Source of the DNA: an uncultured Rickettsiella sp.
GTDB taxonomy: Bacteria > Pseudomonadota > Gammaproteobacteria > Diplorickettsiales > Diplorickettsiaceae
NCBI GenBank assembly: GCA_947058615.1
Contig: CAMSHF010000008.1
Coordinates: forward strand, 1 to 32,000
Direction of reading: 5' to 3'
DNA: 32,000 nt
Shown: in pieces, positions 26,519-32,000 of the stretch
Position numbering within the stretch: position 1 is the first letter of the stretch
Layout: every line of letters starts with the position of its first letter
Made by a program: the position numbers and the translations under genes
Notes under the pieces: model-generated
What the model saw: the letters and a program-made list of their open reading frames with translations, nothing else
Told to the model about the DNA's origin: nothing
Databases searched by the model: none

Positions 26519-26926
26519 TTAATACTGCTCTTCACGTTGCTCTCGACCTCGATGGTAGCCACCGCCACCGTTGCCTCCACCTGAACCAGCCATACCGCCA
26601 CGTCCACCGCTGCTAGTACGCCGTCCACCTGAACCACCGTTACGACGCCCACCACCGCCAGATCCCCCCGCACTAGAATCCGGTGGATTAGCTTCAGAAA
26701 CTGTAATAGTACGTCTTTCATGAATACTACCATGTAAAGCCTCTATAGCTTCTTTTGCTTCTTCAGGTGTAGACATTTCTACGAAACCAAAGCCCTTGCT
26801 ACGCCCGCTATGGAAGTCTCGGATAACTTTTACAAAATTCACTGTCCCAAAAGGGGTAAAAAGCTCTCTTAGTCCATCGTCATCGACGCTATAGCTTAAA
26901 CCACCTACATACAATCTTTTATTCAC
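26519..26926 (-). CDS. RRM-type RNA-binding protein with a C-terminal Gly/Arg-rich (RGG-like) tail
   Basis: 135 aa with RNP2 LYVGGL and RNP1 KGFGFVEM. The tail reads GGSGGGGRRNGGSGGRRTSSGGRGGMAGSGGGNGGGGYHRGR. A GTG start is preceded by GGAGG 6 nt upstream. Confidence 0.88.
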   Translation of the reverse strand: MNKRLYVGGLSYSVDDDGLRELFTPFGTVNFVKVIRDFHSGRSKGFGFVEMSTPEEAKEAIEALHGSIHERRTITVSEANPPDSSAGGSGGGGRRNGGSGGRRTSSGGRGGMAGSGGGNGGGGYHRGREQREEQY

Positions 26927-27083
26927 GCAAAACCTCCAAAAGGCTAAAAATGGCCACTACCAAGATATCAACTGTTTACCGTTTCCTAATCTGGCTATGG
27001 CAGAGATAAACTAAACGTCATCATAGTAACACAGGACAACCTCTAGGGTATATATAATAGGATGGCAAAATAGTTAAAATGAT

Positions 27084-27566
27084 TTATTCTAAAAAGCTAC
27101 GTAACATCCAGGCATTTTTCTCATGAACTTCCATCCGTTCAGAAAGCAAATCCACAGAGACTTGATCATCGGCTTCTTCTGTCTCTGCCAACAATTCTCT
27201 CGCTAAGCGAACCATAACTTCATTATCATGCTCTAACTGATTGATCATATTTTTAGCTTTTACTTGGCGTGTCCCAACAACTTCGTTAATTTTGCTTAAT
27301 TTTGCAAAATCGGCATAGCTTGCAGGCACATGAAATCCCAATGCTCGCACACGCTCTGCGATTGTATCGCCTGCATTCCATAAATCGATATATTGTGCTT
27401 CAAATACACTATGTAAAGGTTGAAACATAGGCCCAACGACATTCCAATGAAAATTATGTGTTTTTAAATACAATACTGAATTATTGGCTAATAATTTAAT
27501 CAAGCCATCCGCTACTTTTTTTCTTTTAGCCTCAGACAGCCCTACGTTAAGCATTTCTTTCATCAT
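27084..27566 (-). CDS. dps: DNA starvation/stationary-phase protection protein Dps (ferritin-like)
   Basis: 160 aa with the Dps signature LYLKTHNFHWNVVGPMFQPLHSVFEAQY and the expected DxxAER block (DTIAERVRALG). Two adjacent ATGs follow a GGAGA Shine-Dalgarno sequence. Confidence 0.9.
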   Translation of the reverse strand: MMKEMLNVGLSEAKRKKVADGLIKLLANNSVLYLKTHNFHWNVVGPMFQPLHSVFEAQYIDLWNAGDTIAERVRALGFHVPASYADFAKLSKINEVVGTRQVKAKNMINQLEHDNEVMVRLARELLAETEEADDQVSVDLLSERMEVHEKNAWMLRSFLE

Positions 27567-27655
27567 AAGTCTCCAATTTAAAATTTATAATACACAAAAG
27601 TTTATTTTTAAACCAAAAACCATTAAAACTAAAATTTTTAAAAAACTATATTCGA

Positions 27656-28378
27656 TCAATCATCATCTGAATCTCCGTCATCTTCATCAGATATTAAGTT
27701 ATTATTCTCACGAATAACATAATTCCTGTGTTGCAAATAGGCATTGCGTTGAAACACATAAGGGTCAAAAGAGGCTTGTTTGATAGCCTGATCAAAATCT
27801 AATAGTTGTGCCCGAGCATTAATGAAACTTCCCCAAACTAATCCATTACGCCAAGGTACATCATTAATATAGGGGTAAATCGAAAAAACACCATAATTAA
27901 TAGGCCAAGAAATTGCATCACGCACCGTACGAGGCCCTAAAATAGGAACTACCAAATAAGCTGAAGAGACATAACCCCATTTAGCCAAAGTTAAACCAAA
28001 ATCCTGATGATTCGCAGGTAAACCAATTCTACTTGCGACATCGATAAATCCCGCAATCCCTATCGTACTATTTATTAAAAAACGCCATGCATCTGATGTG
28101 GCATTATAAAATTCGCCCTGTAATAAATCATTAACCACTGTGGGTATTTGCTCTAAATTGCTAAAAAAATTACCGATGCCTTTAGTAATAGGCCAAGGTA
28201 AAATTGCTTTATAGACAGTAGCTACGGGTTTAAAAAAAACTTTGTCTAAAGTTTCATTAAGTTTAAAAGCATGCCGATTGTAATTTTCATAAGGATCATT
28301 ATTTAAATCACCGTCCGAATTAATAGCTAAAATAGGTGAAGTCACCAATAATAGAAAAAGTCCTAATAATCTGATCAT
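27656..28378 (-). CDS. mlaA: MlaA/VacJ family outer-membrane phospholipid-transport protein
   Basis: 240 aa, collinear with E. coli MlaA (DPYENYNRHAF, NFFSNLEQIPTVVNDLLQG, NSTIGIAGFIDVA, RAQLLD, DPYVFQRNAY). It has an N-terminal signal sequence and an acidic C-terminal tail. Confidence 0.88.
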   Translation of the reverse strand: MIRLLGLFLLLVTSPILAINSDGDLNNDPYENYNRHAFKLNETLDKVFFKPVATVYKAILPWPITKGIGNFFSNLEQIPTVVNDLLQGEFYNATSDAWRFLINSTIGIAGFIDVASRIGLPANHQDFGLTLAKWGYVSSAYLVVPILGPRTVRDAISWPINYGVFSIYPYINDVPWRNGLVWGSFINARAQLLDFDQAIKQASFDPYVFQRNAYLQHRNYVIRENNNLISDEDDGDSDDD

Positions 28379-28404
28379 TTCCGATGCCTCATTAATTTGT
28401 AATT

Positions 28405-29422
<1,018 letters not shown>

Positions 29423-29530
29423 TAAAATTTCTAACAAAGTATAACAAAGAACACTATAAATAGTACCTATCTCATCAGTATTAAAAAAAGACTGTTTGCT
29501 TATATGCTACCGCCTAAATAAGGAGCCACC

Positions 29531-31840
29531 TTGAAAAAAAACCGAACCGAAGATTTTTTACAATTAAGTCTTAAGCAGCGCCTACTTGAAGGTCTACTGA
29601 TTGTGAGTGGCGCCCTTGCTCTTTTTTTATTTTTAGCTTTATGGACTCACCACCCTCCGCCCCATATCAAACCCTCTTTGAACATAGCAGGCCATTGGGG
29701 AGACCAACTCGCTCATTTCTTTTTTAATAATTTTGGTTCTTTAGCCTACTTGTTCCCAGCATTATTGCTCTATGGAGGATGGCAGTGTTTTAAAGAGCGT
29801 TTTTCCAGCTTATCTTTTAGCTACCCTTTTTTTGCTCTACGTCTATTAGGTTTCATTACTATTTTTGTTGCCGCTTGTGGGCTTGCCGCTTTACATAGCA
29901 CGCATACTACACCTGGCTACACCCCAGGGGGACAGTTAGGAATGCTTGTTACAAAAAATTTTATTGCTCAGTTTAATGTGGTGGGTAGTACATTATTTTT
30001 ATTGGCTCTTTTATTAGCCAGTACTACACTTGCAACAGGTTTTTCTTGGTTAAGTATTATCGATAAAATAGGAAGCTATATTGTGATAATACCAGGAAAA
30101 ATTGTGGAGAAATTTAAAAAAATCACCCTGTATGTCATAAAAAAAAGAGCGGCTGAAAAAATTAAACCCCATGTAAACACCTCGCATAAAGTTGACATAA
30201 CTCATAATAAACCTTCTTCTCAATTTAACCCTATAATTAATGCCGCTCTATCTAACTCGGAAATTTCCCATCCTCATCCATCTCCTATTCCTCCTACTAT
30301 TAAAGCTTATTCATCCTCTACGATTTCAGCTTCAAATAAACAACACATGTCTGAACCTTCTTTACCTTCACTAACATTATTAGATCCCGCTGAAAAATTG
30401 AATAAAGAAGGCTATACACGTGATGAGTTAGAACAGCTATCACGAGATGTTGAGCTACGTCTAAAAGATTTTGGAATTCAAGTCCAAGTTGTAGCCGTAC
30501 ATCCAGGGCCCGTAGTCACTCGTTTTGAAATGCAACCTGCAGCGGGGATTAAAGTCAGTCGCATCACAGGGCTCGCCAAAGATTTAGCCCGCTCATTATC
30601 TGTGATTAGCGTACGTATTGTGGAAGTTATTCCTGGTAAATCAGTTATAGGACTCGAAGTCCCTAACAAACACCGTGAAATTGTTCGACTCAGCGAAGTA
30701 TTAAGCTCTACGGCTTATCAACACGCGCGATCATCACTTTCTCTTGCACTAGGCAAAGATATAGCAGGCCATCCCGTGATCGTTGATCTAGGTAAAATGC
30801 CACACCTTTTGGTTGCTGGAACAACAGGTTCTGGGAAGTCAGTAGGGCTTAATGCTATGCTATTGAGCATCCTTTATAAAGCAACACCTCAGCAAGTTCG
30901 ACTCATCATGATAGATCCAAAAATGTTAGAGCTCGCTATTTATGAAGGCATTCCGCACCTTTTAGCTCCAGTTGTTACCGATATGAAAGAAGCAGCAAAT
31001 GCTTTACGTTGGTGTGTCGCAGAAATGGAACGTCGCTATAAATTGATGGCTCATTTAGGCGTACGAAATTTATCAGGATACAACCAAAAAATACAAGACG
31101 ACAAAAATAAAAAACAACCCCTTAATGATCCTTTTTTGAATCATCAGCAAGATGGCAAAACAGAAACTTTAGAACACCTTCCCTATATTATTGTCTTAAT
31201 CGATGAATTTGCGGATATGATGATGGTAGTGGGCAAAAAAGTGGAGGAGTTAATTGCACGAATCGCACAAAAAGCGAGGGCTGCGGGTATACATTTGATT
31301 CTAGCAACTCAAAGGCCTTCAGTGGATGTTATCACCGGTTTAATCAAAGCAAATATCCCCACACGTATCTCATTTCAGGTTTCGTCAAAAATAGATTCGC
31401 GTACGATTCTTGATCAACAAGGCGCTGAACAGCTATTAGGACATGGTGATATGTTGTATTTAGCTCCTGGAACAGGGGTTCCTATTCGAGTTCATGGTGC
31501 TTTTGTAGCCGATCAAGAAGTTCATCATGTTGTCAATTCATTAAAAAAATCGGCTGCACCAGAATATAAACTTGATCTTACGCAAGCTAATCTTAATGAA
31601 GGCGGAGATTTAGATTTTTTAGATAATAGCTCTGGTGAAAAAGATGTCTTGTATGATCAAGCTGTCCAAATTGTGATAGAAACTCGACGTGCCTCTATTT
31701 CAAGTATTCAACGACGACTTAAAATTGGTTACAACCGCGCAGCTCGCTTAATGGAAGATATGGAAAAAGCGGGCTTAGTTAGTGCTATGGAAAGCAATGG
31801 AAATCGAGACATTCTTATCCCTAATCGATTAAATGAATAA
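29531..31840 (+). CDS. ftsK: DNA translocase FtsK
   Basis: 769 aa with N-terminal TM segments, a Pro/Ser-rich linker and a motor domain. Walker A is GTTGSGKS and Walker B is [13 protein letters not shown]-terminal gamma winged-helix is present ([28 protein letters not shown]). The TTG start is preceded by AAGGAG 5 nt upstream. Confidence 0.95.
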   Translation: MKKNRTEDFLQLSLKQRLLEGLLIVSGALALFLFLALWTHHPPPHIKPSLNIAGHWGDQLAHFFFNNFGSLAYLFPALLLYGGWQCFKERFSSLSFSYPFFALRLLGFITIFVAACGLAALHSTHTTPGYTPGGQLGMLVTKNFIAQFNVVGSTLFLLALLLASTTLATGFSWLSIIDKIGSYIVIIPGKIVEKFKKITLYVIKKRAAEKIKPHVNTSHKVDITHNKPSSQFNPIINAALSNSEISHPHPSPIPPTIKAYSSSTISASNKQHMSEPSLPSLTLLDPAEKLNKEGYTRDELEQLSRDVELRLKDFGIQVQVVAVHPGPVVTRFEMQPAAGIKVSRITGLAKDLARSLSVISVRIVEVIPGKSVIGLEVPNKHREIVRLSEVLSSTAYQHARSSLSLALGKDIAGHPVIVDLGKMPHLLVAGTTGSGKSVGLNAMLLSILYKATPQQVRLIMIDPKMLELAIYEGIPHLLAPVVTDMKEAANALRWCVAEMERRYKLMAHLGVRNLSGYNQKIQDDKNKKQPLNDPFLNHQQDGKTETLEHLPYIIVLIDEFADMMMVVGKKVEELIARIAQKARAAGIHLILATQRPSVDVITGLIKANIPTRISFQVSSKIDSRTILDQQGAEQLLGHGDMLYLAPGTGVPIRVHGAFVADQEVHHVVNSLKKSAAPEYKLDLTQANLNEGGDLDFLDNSSGEKDVLYDQAVQIVIETRRASISSIQRRLKIGYNRAARLMEDMEKAGLVSAMESNGNRDILIPNRLNE

Positions 31841-31923
31841 CTCTTACCACTAGTATCAAGCCCCATCTAAGCACTTATTGCCCAAAATCAAAAAAATTTT
31901 GAAAAAAATTATTAGTTTTAAAT

Positions 31924-31966
31924 TTCTACTAAAAATCTCATAAAAAACTTTTTATTTTTAGTAGAA
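31924..31966. repeat. Perfect 13-bp inverted repeat downstream of ftsK
   Basis: ttctactaaaaat (31924-31936) and atttttagtagaa (31954-31966) are exact reverse complements separated by 17 nt. The pair sits in the AT-rich intergenic region after ftsK. Confidence 0.5.
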
Positions 31967-32000
31967 GAAGATATTTCTATTTTAAAATTTTTTAATTCAA

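Noticed and set aside
26488-26733. 81-aa minus-strand ORF overlapping the 3' half of the RRM protein gene
   Set aside because: It is an out-of-frame reading of the GC-rich Gly/Arg-repeat region, giving a low-complexity V/A-rich peptide. The RRM frame has clear RNP1 and RNP2 motifs and a Shine-Dalgarno sequence.

Overview
AT-rich window (roughly high-30s % G+C by eye, not computed), densely packed with bacterial housekeeping genes. Gene content and local order look gammaproteobacterial: rlmE-ftsH-glmM, trxB next to ftsK, yqgE-ruvX, mpl, pilB/pilC. The AT richness, tight gene packing and apparent loss of genes from conserved clusters suggest a reduced-genome, host-associated lineage, possibly Legionellales/Coxiellaceae-like. 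That taxonomic placement is inference only. I support 28 protein-coding genes: a truncated pilC, pilB, an Sfp-type PPTase, a lambda-CI-like repressor, a PPi-type phosphofructokinase, mpl, ribD, ribBA, ribH, fpr, a GCAT/SseJ-like GDSL lipase, ribF, murJ, ruvX, yqgE, ispF, two tandem MFS transporters, rlmE, ftsH, glmM, glmS, comF, an RRM/Gly-Arg-rich RNA-binding protein, dps, mlaA, trxB and ftsK. I also support one tRNA-Leu(CAA) with its promoter and one clear bidirectional terminator. I saw no rRNA, CRISPR array, transposase, integrase or prophage block, and I did not recognise a complete multi-gene novel system. The observations most worth follow-up are isolated accessory-looking items sitting among core genes. 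(1) A signal-peptide-less GCAT/SseJ-family lipase with an EExxE block near its C terminus, a candidate translocated effector. (2) An orphan CI-like HTH-S24 repressor in which both catalytic dyad residues appear substituted. (3) A 490-bp gene-free region with a sigma70-like promoter, nested helices and a U-tract, a candidate ~190-nt sRNA. (4) A eukaryote-like RRM protein with an RGG tail. (5) A diverged tandem MFS duplication. (6) A truncated pilC beside an intact pilB.
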